64,000 bases of DNA from the NCBI GenBank assembly GCA_963664705.1, contig OY761556.1, forward strand, positions 2,144,001 to 2,208,000. Reading direction: 5' to 3'. Numbering within the stretch: position 1 is the stretch's first letter; each line of letters begins with the position of its first letter. The DNA is from Acidobacteriota bacterium. GTDB taxonomy: Bacteria; Acidobacteriota; UBA6911. This document shows, in pieces, positions 25,543 through 35,765 of this stretch. A program made the translations under genes and the position numbers. The notes beneath the pieces are model-generated. The model made no database searches, was not told the DNA's origin, and saw nothing but the letters and a program-made list of their open reading frames with translations.

Positions 25543-26505
25543 TTGAACAGCTCATTGCTTGAGAGACCAATTCTGGTGACCGGTGGTGCCGGCTTTGTCG
25601 GGTCAAACCTCGTACGACGGTTAATTGCCAAGGGGGCCAGGGTCACGATTCTGGACGACTTCTTTACCGGCAAGCTCTCCAACCTGGCTGGGTTGGAAGG
25701 CCGCTACGAGCTGGTTAAGGGCAGCGTCACGGACCGGGACATTGTGATGGAACTTGTGTCCAAGGCGGGCCTTGTTTTCCACCTGGCTGCGCGAAATATT
25801 ATTGCCTCGACCAAAAATCCGCTGGAGGATTTCCAGACCAACATCGGAGGCACCTTAAACATACTGCTCGCAGCGAGAGAATATCGGACCGAGCGCGTCA
25901 TCTATTCCTCCTCCGTTTCCGTGTACGGAAATCCGAAATATTTACCCATCAATGAAGATGATCGTATCAGCCTGTTGACGCCCTATGCGGTCAGCAAATT
26001 TGGTGGCGAAGGCTATTGCCAGGCCTTTTATGAAAGCTATGGTTTGCCGGTCGCGGTGGTTCGATATTCCAATGTCTATGGCCCCTGGCAGGACCCGGCC
26101 AATCCATATTGCGGCGTGATCGCAAAATTCATCGACAAAGCCAAGGCCGGCCTGCCTCTCGAAATTCATGGGGACGGCGAGCAGACGCGTGATTTCACTT
26201 TTGTGGAAGATGCGGTGGAGGCGACCTTGACGGCGGCGATATCCCCGAAGGCTGAAGGGGAGGTTTTCAATGTGGGGACCGGAATCGAAACCAACATCAA
26301 TGCCCTTGCCGCCCATGTTTCAGGCTTGTATGGCCAGGAGCACGAGCCCATCCATATTGACCGGCGCGATATCGACAATATTCGCCGGCGCGTGGTCAAT
26401 ATCGAAAAAATCCGGCGGTTGCTGCGCTGGACCCCGGCGATTACCTTAAGCCGGGGCTTGGCGAGAACCCGGGATTGGAACGACAGTTTCAGGTCCGACC
26501 AATAG
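25543..26505 (+). CDS. NAD-dependent nucleotide-sugar epimerase/dehydratase
   Basis: VTGGAGFVG, FHLAA, SSS, YAVSK, NVYGP, GDGEQTRDF. Confidence 0.93.
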   Translation: MNSSLLERPILVTGGAGFVGSNLVRRLIAKGARVTILDDFFTGKLSNLAGLEGRYELVKGSVTDRDIVMELVSKAGLVFHLAARNIIASTKNPLEDFQTNIGGTLNILLAAREYRTERVIYSSSVSVYGNPKYLPINEDDRISLLTPYAVSKFGGEGYCQAFYESYGLPVAVVRYSNVYGPWQDPANPYCGVIAKFIDKAKAGLPLEIHGDGEQTRDFTFVEDAVEATLTAAISPKAEGEVFNVGTGIETNINALAAHVSGLYGQEHEPIHIDRRDIDNIRRRVVNIEKIRRLLRWTPAITLSRGLARTRDWNDSFRSDQ

Positions 26506-26514
26506 CCGAGTGCC

Positions 26515-28233
26515 ATGAAAAAGATACTTGCGGCGGCTTGGCCCGCCCTGTTGATTGCGTCGTTGATTCTGCTGCCGTGGCTGAACAAGGCGCATACCAC
26601 GGATGACACGACCTTTCTCCTGATGGCCGATCATGTGCTGACGGACCCGCTGCATCCTGCCGCTTTTGAGATGATGGCTGACGGCAATCGCATCCGGCTT
26701 TCCTCTCAGCTGGTCTCCGGCCCGGTCATGGCATACCTTCTCGTACCGTCGGTACTGCTCGGAGGGGCGGAGTGGGCGGCGCATCTCGTGCAATATTTCC
26801 TGATCCTGGCCGCGATTTGCGCCACGGTGTCGCTTGCGTTGCGGCTCGGACTCGATGATCGGGGCGCGCGGGTTGCAGGTATTTTACTGGCCTCGACTCC
26901 CGCCGTCATGGCGATGGCTACTACCAGCATGGCGGACGTGCCGGCTATGTCGTTTGCAATACTGGGAATGGAGCGGTTTGTTGCGTGGAGGCAACAAGGA
27001 CGCTGGCATCAGGGCCTGGCGGCTTCCCTGTTGCTTGCATTCGCCGCGCTTACGCGCCCGCACCTGATCCTGATCCTTGCGGTTGCCTGCTTTCTGGAAT
27101 TTCTGCTGGGAGCATCGCCGTCTCGCTTTATGCTGCATCCAGATTGTCGGGGGCAAAGCCCTTCGGAGTGTGGTGGCTTGCCACCGCCTTCGGCTTTTAT
27201 GGTTTTCAAAGGCGGCAGCAAGCTGCCGCACTCCGCCGTTCCCATGCGATGGATTCTATTGCACCTGGTGCCCATTATTGCCGCCGCCGCAATAATCCTC
27301 CTGATAACATTTCTGACCGCCGACCCGCTCCGCAGCGGCAGTCATTTCATGACCGCGTCCATTTCCCGTTTTCACCCGGTCAATGCCGCTTCGAATACGG
27401 CTGCATTTTTCGCGCATTGGCTATTGGTTTTTCCGCTTGGATTATTGTGGTTCTGCCTGGGCATTCGGTGGAAGCGGCTGTGGTGCAATCCTTCTCCCTG
27501 GATAGCCGCCATCATTACTCTTTCGATCTGCCTTTTGGATAGGAATGAGCACAAAGTTCCCGTCTATGCGCTTGCATTGGCTTTTGCCGGCGCTTTTATA
27601 ATTATTGACCTTGCGATGGATGCCTGTCGGCGCCGGGACTTCATACAAATTCTCTTATGGCTTTGGTTGCTCCTTGCGCTGCCGGCAATCGCCTATGTTC
27701 AGCTTCCCTGCCGATATTTGCTGGGAGCGGCACCCGCGGCCGCGATTCTGTTGGCGTTTCTGATCCGGAGAAAAGACAGTTTTAAATTTATCAAATGGGT
27801 GGCAGTTTCGGCAGGAGTTGCATTATCCCTGCTGATCATTGCGGCAGACGCTGAATTCGGGAACTTTGGCAGGCGGATTGCGGCGGAACAAATAGCGCCG
27901 ATGGTATCCAGGGGCCATCGCGTTTGGGTGAATGGCGAATGGGGTTTTGAGTGGTATGCGCTGAAAGCAGGGGCGTTTCCGGTGGCAAAGCAGCCCCCTT
28001 ACCCGTCGGCGGGAGACATCCTTTTCTCAAGCACGGCAGCCCCGCACCTTCCGCTGGAAATGTTTCCGAATCGGCAATTGATTTCCTCCTTTGCGGCCAA
28101 TTCGCATTTTGGCCGGGTGATGTCCAGGCCGGCAGGGTTCTACTCGAACGGCTACGGCTATCTTCCGTGGATCTTTGGTAGTAACGAAATCGAAAACATA
28201 GGAGTCTGGTTGACAAATCCATTCGAAGAGTGA
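26515..28233 (+). CDS. GT-C (ArnT/PMT-like) integral membrane glycosyltransferase
   Basis: Acidic DD after the first transmembrane helix, many transmembrane helices, MADVP, periplasmic C-terminus; contains an in-frame palindromic insertion. Confidence 0.7.
   Translation: MKKILAAAWPALLIASLILLPWLNKAHTTDDTTFLLMADHVLTDPLHPAAFEMMADGNRIRLSSQLVSGPVMAYLLVPSVLLGGAEWAAHLVQYFLILAAICATVSLALRLGLDDRGARVAGILLASTPAVMAMATTSMADVPAMSFAILGMERFVAWRQQGRWHQGLAASLLLAFAALTRPHLILILAVACFLEFLLGASPSRFMLHPDCRGQSPSECGGLPPPSAFMVFKGGSKLPHSAVPMRWILLHLVPIIAAAAIILLITFLTADPLRSGSHFMTASISRFHPVNAASNTAAFFAHWLLVFPLGLLWFCLGIRWKRLWCNPSPWIAAIITLSICLLDRNEHKVPVYALALAFAGAFIIIDLAMDACRRRDFIQILLWLWLLLALPAIAYVQLPCRYLLGAAPAAAILLAFLIRRKDSFKFIKWVAVSAGVALSLLIIAADAEFGNFGRRIAAEQIAPMVSRGHRVWVNGEWGFEWYALKAGAFPVAKQPPYPSAGDILFSSTAAPHLPLEMFPNRQLISSFAANSHFGRVMSRPAGFYSNGYGYLPWIFGSNEIENIGVWLTNPFEE
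27165..27234. repeat. REP doublet inserted in frame within a CDS
   Basis: GGAGTGTGGTGGCTTGCCACCGCCTT ... AAGGCGGCAGCAAGCTGCCGCACTCC; each arm is itself a hairpin. Confidence 0.75.
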
Positions 28234-28314
28234 AATACAGTTGTTATACAATAACCTCTGCAACTGGTCCTTCCTTAATTACTTTTACTATTTGTTTATA
28301 ATTGCTCACACCTG

Positions 28315-29688
28315 GTGGATTTGGAGTCAGGATTGAAACATTTTGCGAATTCCAGGATTGGTAAGGTGCTAATTGCTGCCCCAATGGCATTGGCCTTCCT
28401 TTTTTTGATCGCAAATTCCATACTCCAGCTGAATCGCATCGTCGATTCATTTAGAGAACGAAGTTTATATTCTAAGGACATTATCCAAGATTGGCTTTTA
28501 GCAAAAGCCATTTTGCATAAAACAAATCCTTATTTAGACATCCAGGAATTGGCAACGCGGTTCATTGCAAACGTACCCCAAGTGCAAAACGGCAGTCATC
28601 CCAGTCCTCATCCACCAACCGTGGGAATACTTATGACTCCACTCGCATTTCTTTCCTACAAAACTGCCATGATTGCCTGGTTCCTAATTGAATTAGCCTT
28701 TGTTGCGGGCTCCGTTTACCTAATCTGCCTCACCTTGAAAATTAAGCGACCGATTGCATTAAGCATAATAGCCATACCCCTTTCAGCCCTCTGGGGCGCT
28801 TCGGGAGAAGAACTTGTCTTAGGGCAATTGGGAATTACTCAGTTGTTTTTTCTCTCTGCGGCCTGGTATTGCATATCAAGACAACAAGCCCAATTATCCG
28901 GAATTTTTACCGGACTTGCAATAATTCTAAAGCCCATGTTATGGCCAATGTTGTTCTTTTTTGTGCTTAAGAGGCTATATAAATCTCTTTGTTATTGTGC
29001 ACTAGCATTATTGTTGAGTGGTGGAATCAGCGCCGCCATTCTGGGAAGAGAAAGCCTTGTTTATTACGCAACCAATGTATTGCCATCAGTCGACGGGATT
29101 TATGCCTGTAGTATCCTCAATTTGTCTCTGAGATCGATCGCTCCGAAGGTTTTTACTGGGATTCATTCGCCAATTCACAATATTGTTTATGCCAAGCCCA
29201 TGATCGACATCCCTGTCTTGGGCGCGCCATTGGGCTGGTTACTACCAATCATTAGTATCGTACTTATATTTTTCTATGTATTCCGGCTTGACACTCAAAT
29301 AGGTTTTTCATTGATGATCATTGCATGCATTCTCGCCAGTCCAGTAGTCTGGGGACATTATCTGGTGCTGCTTGCGATTCCTATCAGTTTGTTAATAAAA
29401 GCAACCATCGAAAGAGGATCCCGCAAGAGCAGCTACCTCTCAGCCATTCTGGGAATTTTTTTGTTTCCAAGTGCCTTGTTTTGGTATGGCTGTATTACAT
29501 TGCTTTCCGGAGATATGCCAACAGCTAAACACTCAATAACAATCCCAGTTGGGCTCGGATTTATCATGTATGTTCCCACGGCCGCGGCAACTTTGCTGAT
29601 CTTTGCCATATTGGCTAGGTACGGTTTAACGCATTCAGCAAAACCTAACAATGAAGAGATTTTGACCATGGACGCCGATCGTCAATAA
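28315..29688 (+). CDS. GT87/DUF2029-like membrane glycosyltransferase (paralog A)
   Basis: KDIIQDW...NPY, PHPP, LGQ, LKP, NLSL, SPVVWGHY motifs; multiple transmembrane helices. Confidence 0.8.
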   Translation: MDLESGLKHFANSRIGKVLIAAPMALAFLFLIANSILQLNRIVDSFRERSLYSKDIIQDWLLAKAILHKTNPYLDIQELATRFIANVPQVQNGSHPSPHPPTVGILMTPLAFLSYKTAMIAWFLIELAFVAGSVYLICLTLKIKRPIALSIIAIPLSALWGASGEELVLGQLGITQLFFLSAAWYCISRQQAQLSGIFTGLAIILKPMLWPMLFFFVLKRLYKSLCYCALALLLSGGISAAILGRESLVYYATNVLPSVDGIYACSILNLSLRSIAPKVFTGIHSPIHNIVYAKPMIDIPVLGAPLGWLLPIISIVLIFFYVFRLDTQIGFSLMIIACILASPVVWGHYLVLLAIPISLLIKATIERGSRKSSYLSAILGIFLFPSALFWYGCITLLSGDMPTAKHSITIPVGLGFIMYVPTAAATLLIFAILARYGLTHSAKPNNEEILTMDADRQ

Positions 29689-30934
29689 TACTGCTGTACC
29701 AAAACAAAAGCCAAAACGCAGGAGGAAACCATATAGTACTCAAGTTGGATTTCGTAGCAATTTGGGAATAAACCAATAACGGTTGCATCGCAATTAGGAT
29801 AAGCAAGAATATCCACCAGCTCTTTGTTTTGAACCTTTCAAACTGGCAAAGAAGCAAAACTATGACGGGAAGCAACACTACCCAATCATAGCTCCATGAA
29901 AAAATGCAGGTGATAATTGAAAGAAATATTATAATGGGGAGTTTTTGCAGCCAATCAAAGTTATGTTTCCATGAGTTCCAGAGATAGGCTGAAATCGCAA
30001 TTCCCAAAAATGATGGAAGATAGCGAACCCATTTTGCATCATTAGGAAAAAGCATCGAAAGAGCTGTTCCCCATGTAGGTGTCTGCCAAATAAGGGGTCC
30101 GGAGTTTGAACAAACCGCCTTGAGGTAATCAGAAAACACATGAGGGTTAACCAAACCGGCTATTGCGACGGCACATAAGAACGCAGATAGTGCGCCCATG
30201 AGGACTCCCCAATATCTGTGTTTTAGTATCCAGAAGGCAAGGAAAACCCAAAAGAGAAAGAGAATATGGGGCTTAACTGAAACTAGAAATGCAAAAATAC
30301 CTGCAAGGAAGTGTTTTTTTTTGGCGACCGATTGCAGGAACCCAGCCAGTCCAGCAAGGACCATGGGAATCGTTTGGCCAAGAAAAATGGCTGTCGCTAC
30401 TGGCAGAAAAAACAAAGGTATTAGCCAACTTATCCATCGTCTGGTAAAGCTTCCGCCATACACTCGCCAAAACCAATCGGCTGTTTTCCAAACAATAATG
30501 ATATTGATCAGAAGCCAGATCCCTCTGCTTGGCCAATAATCAAAAATGGAAATTGGAATCAAAATGGGAAATATCCATGGAGGATTCCACATCATTAGAG
30601 GGGTGTTTTCCTTCCATCCCACAAGCCTTTGCGCTTCCAGAAGCTGCTCATAACTATACGCATTTCCACCGGTGAGGAAAACACGGCTAGCCGTCCAATA
30701 TTCTATGAAATCGTAAAGAGAAATCTCGCCGGCATGACACATCTCGATCAATTGTCCGCTGAGCCAAATCAGCAAAATGCCAATGGTTAGCCACAAAATT
30801 ACTCGCTTTTTTGATAAAAGAGTTCCCAATTGGGGGTAGTTATTATTATTCACTATATGTCCTGCGTAAAAAAAAGCAAAATGGTCTGATGTGATTATAC
30901 TGATCAGCAGGAAAAACTGAATAAGACACCTCAT
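29645..30934 (-). CDS. GT87/DUF2029-like membrane glycosyltransferase (paralog B; true start probably further downstream)
   Basis: DFIEYW...GGNAY, WNPPW, LGQ, VKPH, WSYD motifs. Confidence 0.8.
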   Translation of the reverse strand: MRCLIQFFLLISIITSDHFAFFYAGHIVNNNNYPQLGTLLSKKRVILWLTIGILLIWLSGQLIEMCHAGEISLYDFIEYWTASRVFLTGGNAYSYEQLLEAQRLVGWKENTPLMMWNPPWIFPILIPISIFDYWPSRGIWLLINIIIVWKTADWFWRVYGGSFTRRWISWLIPLFFLPVATAIFLGQTIPMVLAGLAGFLQSVAKKKHFLAGIFAFLVSVKPHILFLFWVFLAFWILKHRYWGVLMGALSAFLCAVAIAGLVNPHVFSDYLKAVCSNSGPLIWQTPTWGTALSMLFPNDAKWVRYLPSFLGIAISAYLWNSWKHNFDWLQKLPIIIFLSIITCIFSWSYDWVVLLPVIVLLLCQFERFKTKSWWIFLLILIAMQPLLVYSQIATKSNLSTIWFPPAFWLLFWYSSIIDDRRPWSKSLHC

Positions 30935-31006
30935 TTATTTTTGCCGAGTCGAGAATTAATGCAACACAGTCTGGAATAAACAAACGCATCCTGAGGAATT
31001 CAGCAA

Positions 31007-32188
31007 ATGGATTTTTCTTTAACTAAGAAGCGCTTTGTTCTTTGGCTCGCAATTAGCATGTTATTGATCTGGCACGGCATTCAAGCAGAGAGGATACGCA
31101 ATTCAGGGAGGATTCCGCTCTATGATTTTGCAGAATATTGGGCAGCTTGCCGAGTTTTCCTTTCAGGGGGAAATCCATATGATCCAGCAATGCTGCTTAA
31201 AGAACAGCGACTAATTGGGTGGATGGAAAAGGATCCTATCATGATGTGGAATCCGCCGTGGGCGATTCCAATCCTTATTCCGCTCAGCTTCCTTGGTTAT
31301 TGGCCGAGCAGAGGTCTATGGCTTCTTGTTAGCTGCATTTTGCTTTGGGTAGCGTGCGATTGGTTCTGGCGATTATGCGGAGGAAGCGCTTCTCGACGAT
31401 GGCTTAGCTGGTTAGCACCTGCTTTTTTTTTACCAGCGGCATTGACGCTATTTCTCGGCCAGATCACCGTATTGGTCCTCTCCGGCATGGCCGGCTTTCT
31501 TTGGGCACTAAAAAAAAAGCGAATGTTTCTAGCGGGCATTTTCACTATTCTGATTTCCATAAAACCCCACCTCCTCTTTCTATTCTGGGTTTTTCTTGTG
31601 TTATGGATTTTAAAGGAACGTTACTGGAAGGTCCTAGCAGGAGCACTTCTATCCTTGGCTTGCGCATCCATTTTGGTTATTTCAGTGAATCCTCGCATTT
31701 TTTTGGATTACATGACTTCAATGCTTTCCAAGTCTGGCCCGCAAATATGGAGCACACCCACATGGGGAGTTGCATTTTTGATGGTTTTTCCTAATGCCAG
31801 TACCTGGATACGCTACCTGCCCTCGGCTATCGGCATGCTTGTTTCGATATATCTCTGGTATTCCTGGAAATGCATTATGGATTGGCAACAAAGGTTGCCT
31901 ATAATACTGTTGCTTTCCGTAACAACCTGCGCCTTTACTTGGACCTTCGATTGGGTTGTTTTGCTTCCGGTCGTTATTTTGTTTCTTTGCTGGTTCGAAA
32001 AGCAACCTTCAAGGTATTGGTGGCTTGTTGCGGGAGTGTTGGCAATGCAGCCATTGCTTGTTATTTCCCAGGCTACAACCCATACAAATTTCTACAGCAT
32101 CTGGCTTCCGCCCGCACTATGGTTTCTTTATTGGATAGGCTCCCGGATGAAAAGTGAGCTGTGCCATAAAGCTCGGATGGGTATCTAA
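31007..32188 (+). CDS. GT87/DUF2029-like membrane glycosyltransferase (paralog B')
   Basis: DFAEYW...GGNPY, WNPPW, LGQ, IKPH, WTFD; colinear with 29645-30934. Confidence 0.82.
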   Translation: MDFSLTKKRFVLWLAISMLLIWHGIQAERIRNSGRIPLYDFAEYWAACRVFLSGGNPYDPAMLLKEQRLIGWMEKDPIMMWNPPWAIPILIPLSFLGYWPSRGLWLLVSCILLWVACDWFWRLCGGSASRRWLSWLAPAFFLPAALTLFLGQITVLVLSGMAGFLWALKKKRMFLAGIFTILISIKPHLLFLFWVFLVLWILKERYWKVLAGALLSLACASILVISVNPRIFLDYMTSMLSKSGPQIWSTPTWGVAFLMVFPNASTWIRYLPSAIGMLVSIYLWYSWKCIMDWQQRLPIILLLSVTTCAFTWTFDWVVLLPVVILFLCWFEKQPSRYWWLVAGVLAMQPLLVISQATTHTNFYSIWLPPALWFLYWIGSRMKSELCHKARMGI

Positions 32189-32536
32189 GATAATCATACA
32201 TTGATTTCCCAATTGCCTCAGAATCACCAATTCAGAGAAAACGAACCCGACAAAGAATGGAAGTCTTGGATAATAGCTCCGGTGGACAATGCAACTAGCT
32301 CAAAAGGGTTGGCGGATTTGAACAGCAAAAAATCACAGGGCGAAATGGTTCAAGTCTGCCGTTGTCAAACTGCTCGCATTTATCGTGATTGGACCGCGAC
32401 TGCAATTACTGGAGAGATTGATGCAGCGCTTTGTCTACATAAATTTCGGCACGCCCCTTTGGCAAAATCTGAGGATTGCATCCTTGCAGGATCAAACAAA
32501 TCGGAGAGCCGACAACGTTGATATTGGTCCTCGTTA

Positions 32537-34147
32537 GTGGAAAGGGCATGGGAATACCAAATGCTTGGCTCAGCACAATCAAGATACGTTGGCAGCCGTG
32601 GGTTTGACAAAGCTCCATTTATCTGCTTATCGCTGGGATCAGCTTGGATTGTCTTTGGGGCAACTTTCTTTTTGATGTTCTGGCTGACCGGGCATCGTCT
32701 GACTTTTACAAATATTGATGCGGGAATCTACCTGGATGCCGGCAAACGAGTAGCGGAGGGACAAGTCCCGTTTCGGGATTTCTTCTTTATTAGCGGACCG
32801 GCAACGCCCTGGATTATGGGGCTTTCGATGAAGCTATTTGGAGTCAATCTGCCTGCCGCTCAGGTGATGTTGGTGTTTGATCTATCCTTGATGGCAATGC
32901 TGGTTTTTTGGATGACCCGGAAAATCTGTTCTTCTATGCAAGCGGCAATCATTGCAGCATTCCTTTTTGTAGCCTTCTCCACAGCTCAGCCATCTATGCT
33001 GGTAGCAAACCATCGATGGGACAGTGCGGCGGCCGGATTGGCAGCCACAGCACTGACATGGCTCACCCGGGAAAGGTCCGGTCGTTTCACAGCAATTCTT
33101 GCCGGACTATCCTGCGCCATTGCATCGTGGGCAACACCTTCCGTTGCTTTGCTTGCGATCACACTATCGCTTTGGTTTTTGTGGGATAAGCACTTACGTA
33201 GAGTAGCTGTTTACTTCTTTTCTGGACTCTTCGCGGGGCTTCTGGCTGGTCTCCTTTTCCTTCAAAGTCAAGGAGCCCTGTTCCCAATGATCGATCATCT
33301 TTTCTGGATCGTACACAATTATGCCAAAGCCAACCGTGTAGTTTATGGTCAAGTGATTGGCGGCTATGGAGCGCTGGTCCAGGGAACCTCGGGATTGGGA
33401 CTGATTATAGTTTTTATAATTCTCTTATTTCTGTCCTTGCCTGCATGGATGCCTCCGTTAACGACTATTGGTTGGATAATCAGACTGTCCATAGTGAGGC
33501 AATTTGGAAGATGCTTTGAAGTTTTGTTTCTTCTATCTTGCGGGGCGGCACTTGTTATTGCACAAGCGCCAAAGCTGGATCTGGGACATCTGCTGTTCGC
33601 GATGCCCATTTTCTACACGCTGGCAATATCCCTGGTCACCGAATCCTTTGTTCCCAGGAAATGCAAAATGATCCTAGCCTTGATTTTTTTGGTGGCCGCA
33701 GGCGTTTCATTTCGTTTCACATTAGCAAATCGTTTGGACGAGATACCAACCCTCACGCGCGCAGGCGTTGCTTCAATGGATCCCAAGGAATCCTCATGGC
33801 TTACAGCTCTCGAGCAACATGTGAATGCGGGAGACTCCCTGTTTGTCTTTCCGTATATGCCATCTCTCTATTTTGCGCTGGATGCGCGGAACCCGACCCA
33901 ATATTGCTTCCTGCAGCCGGGCATGTCCTCAAAACTTGATGAAGCCAAGGTGCTTGTCGATTTAAGATCCACTCCCCCGCACTGGGTTATCCATATGTTG
34001 GTTGAACCAGAAGCTTATCTGCGCATCTGGCCATCAAGTGATCGTTCACGTCTGCATATGACAACAATTGAACAATTTATCAAAGCCAGCTATTCGGAGG
34101 TTACCAGGGTAGGACCGTTCAACCTTATGCATTACAGCGGGCAATAG
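32537..34147 (+). CDS. GT-C (ArnT-like) membrane glycosyltransferase
   Basis: DAGIYLD...GQVPFRDFF...GP, many transmembrane helices, FVFPYMPSLYF periplasmic domain. Confidence 0.75.
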   Translation: MERAWEYQMLGSAQSRYVGSRGFDKAPFICLSLGSAWIVFGATFFLMFWLTGHRLTFTNIDAGIYLDAGKRVAEGQVPFRDFFFISGPATPWIMGLSMKLFGVNLPAAQVMLVFDLSLMAMLVFWMTRKICSSMQAAIIAAFLFVAFSTAQPSMLVANHRWDSAAAGLAATALTWLTRERSGRFTAILAGLSCAIASWATPSVALLAITLSLWFLWDKHLRRVAVYFFSGLFAGLLAGLLFLQSQGALFPMIDHLFWIVHNYAKANRVVYGQVIGGYGALVQGTSGLGLIIVFIILLFLSLPAWMPPLTTIGWIIRLSIVRQFGRCFEVLFLLSCGAALVIAQAPKLDLGHLLFAMPIFYTLAISLVTESFVPRKCKMILALIFLVAAGVSFRFTLANRLDEIPTLTRAGVASMDPKESSWLTALEQHVNAGDSLFVFPYMPSLYFALDARNPTQYCFLQPGMSSKLDEAKVLVDLRSTPPHWVIHMLVEPEAYLRIWPSSDRSRLHMTTIEQFIKASYSEVTRVGPFNLMHYSGQ

Positions 34148-34277
34148 GGCAATGATCCCAAATGCTGCCCTAACGGCAACCTAATCCAAGGACAAGAAAG
34201 CATAAACTGTTCCGATCGAGAATAGATAGGAGCCTGCATCAGGGTAGGCGCATTAGGTGACGAAATTCACGCATTCA

Positions 34278-35666
34278 TTAGGTAGGATGATTTTGACCCT
34301 GCAATCTCCATAGAATGGGAAACAGTAATATTGAGGCTGCAGTGGGGATAAACATCAAATAAACCAGACCTCCTGGCACAGTCACTGCATGGGTACCCGT
34401 GGGAATATCTCCAGAGAAAACGACAACACATCTATACCAAAACATTGAACCCGGAAATAGGGCTACTCCCCAAAGGGCGTAAGAGGATAATTTGCCGGCC
34501 GAAGAGTGTTCGGTCATAAGTGCTTTCACTACCCAGCCAACAGGTATTGCGAGGAGCGCAAAGTAATGGCCCCAAGCTACAGGGCTTGCCAAAATACATG
34601 AAATAATCATCAATGAGAAGCCGGACACAGCTTCCATCCGATAGATTAGATAGAATGTTACGATTAGGCAAACAAGTGGCAGAATCAGACCGGCAGGTTC
34701 GGCAAACATCGGAATATTAATTACGGGTGGAGCAGAAACAGCATTATTAACTGTGGAGTATGTTCCCTTAAACAACTTAAGTCCTGCCGACCGCAACGAT
34801 ATGTTGAATATGCTACAGGCATAATTTTTGTCTACCGTCGGAAGGATATGAACTACGTAATTATAGACAGCCCGTACTCCCAAGATGAAACTGCATATGG
34901 AACCAGCAGAAATCAACAGCGCAACGCAACTAAGTAAAGCTTTGAACTGTTTTTTCAGTGCAAAAAAGAAAATCAATGGCCATAGCATTGGCTTCAGTAT
35001 AATTGCCAATCCGGTAAGCATGCCTGTTCGGATCTCAAGTTTTCTCGATATACAAAACCATGCTGCAGATAAAAATAGTAATTGGAGAATTACCAATTGG
35101 CCCAGCGCGATTTCCTCTCCCGACGCTCCCCAAATGAGTGCAAATGGAACAGCTGCAACGGCCACCATGCGCGGCCGATTGAATCCCAGCGTCCGGCACA
35201 CTAAATAAATCGACGACGTAACAAATAGCAATTCTAGGAAAAACCAAGCATAAGCAGCATGTCTATATGCCAAGCATGAAAGCGGAGTCAGAAACAACCC
35301 GGCTGTTGGCGGGTGTGGCGTTGGATGAATGCCACCTTGTATTTGATGCACATTTCCAATCAGCCGAACCGCCAAGTCATGAATACTCAGATATGGATCT
35401 ATGCCAACCACAATTGCCTTCCCCAAAAGCCAATCCTGTATAAAATCCTTATAAAATATGTTATCTCCCTTGAAGGAGCTTATGATGTAATCCAACTCAA
35501 TGAATGACGTTGTGGGTAGCAACACAAGCGCAAGAAACAAGGTGGTCACAGTTTTTATTTTTTCAAATATTTCCTGCATTATGTTTTTGTCCCAACGGTT
35601 CGGCATAACTATTCCTGGAGTCCAATCCCTTTCGGAGAAAAACTCGCTAATGCGATACTGACACAA
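34278..35666 (-). CDS. GT87/DUF2029-like membrane glycosyltransferase (paralog A')
   Basis: KDFIQDW...DPY, PHPP, WGASGEE, LKPMLWP, SPVAWGHY; colinear with 28315-29688. Confidence 0.8.
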   Translation of the reverse strand: MCQYRISEFFSERDWTPGIVMPNRWDKNIMQEIFEKIKTVTTLFLALVLLPTTSFIELDYIISSFKGDNIFYKDFIQDWLLGKAIVVGIDPYLSIHDLAVRLIGNVHQIQGGIHPTPHPPTAGLFLTPLSCLAYRHAAYAWFFLELLFVTSSIYLVCRTLGFNRPRMVAVAAVPFALIWGASGEEIALGQLVILQLLFLSAAWFCISRKLEIRTGMLTGLAIILKPMLWPLIFFFALKKQFKALLSCVALLISAGSICSFILGVRAVYNYVVHILPTVDKNYACSIFNISLRSAGLKLFKGTYSTVNNAVSAPPVINIPMFAEPAGLILPLVCLIVTFYLIYRMEAVSGFSLMIISCILASPVAWGHYFALLAIPVGWVVKALMTEHSSAGKLSSYALWGVALFPGSMFWYRCVVVFSGDIPTGTHAVTVPGGLVYLMFIPTAASILLFPILWRLQGQNHPT

Positions 35667-35765
35667 ACTAGTAGAATCATCTGCCCAAATGCCGCGGAAC
35701 CCAAAGCCCCCTAATACTTAGCTATCCATTTGAGTTTATGGATGCGCAAGCGCCTATCTCAGGAT

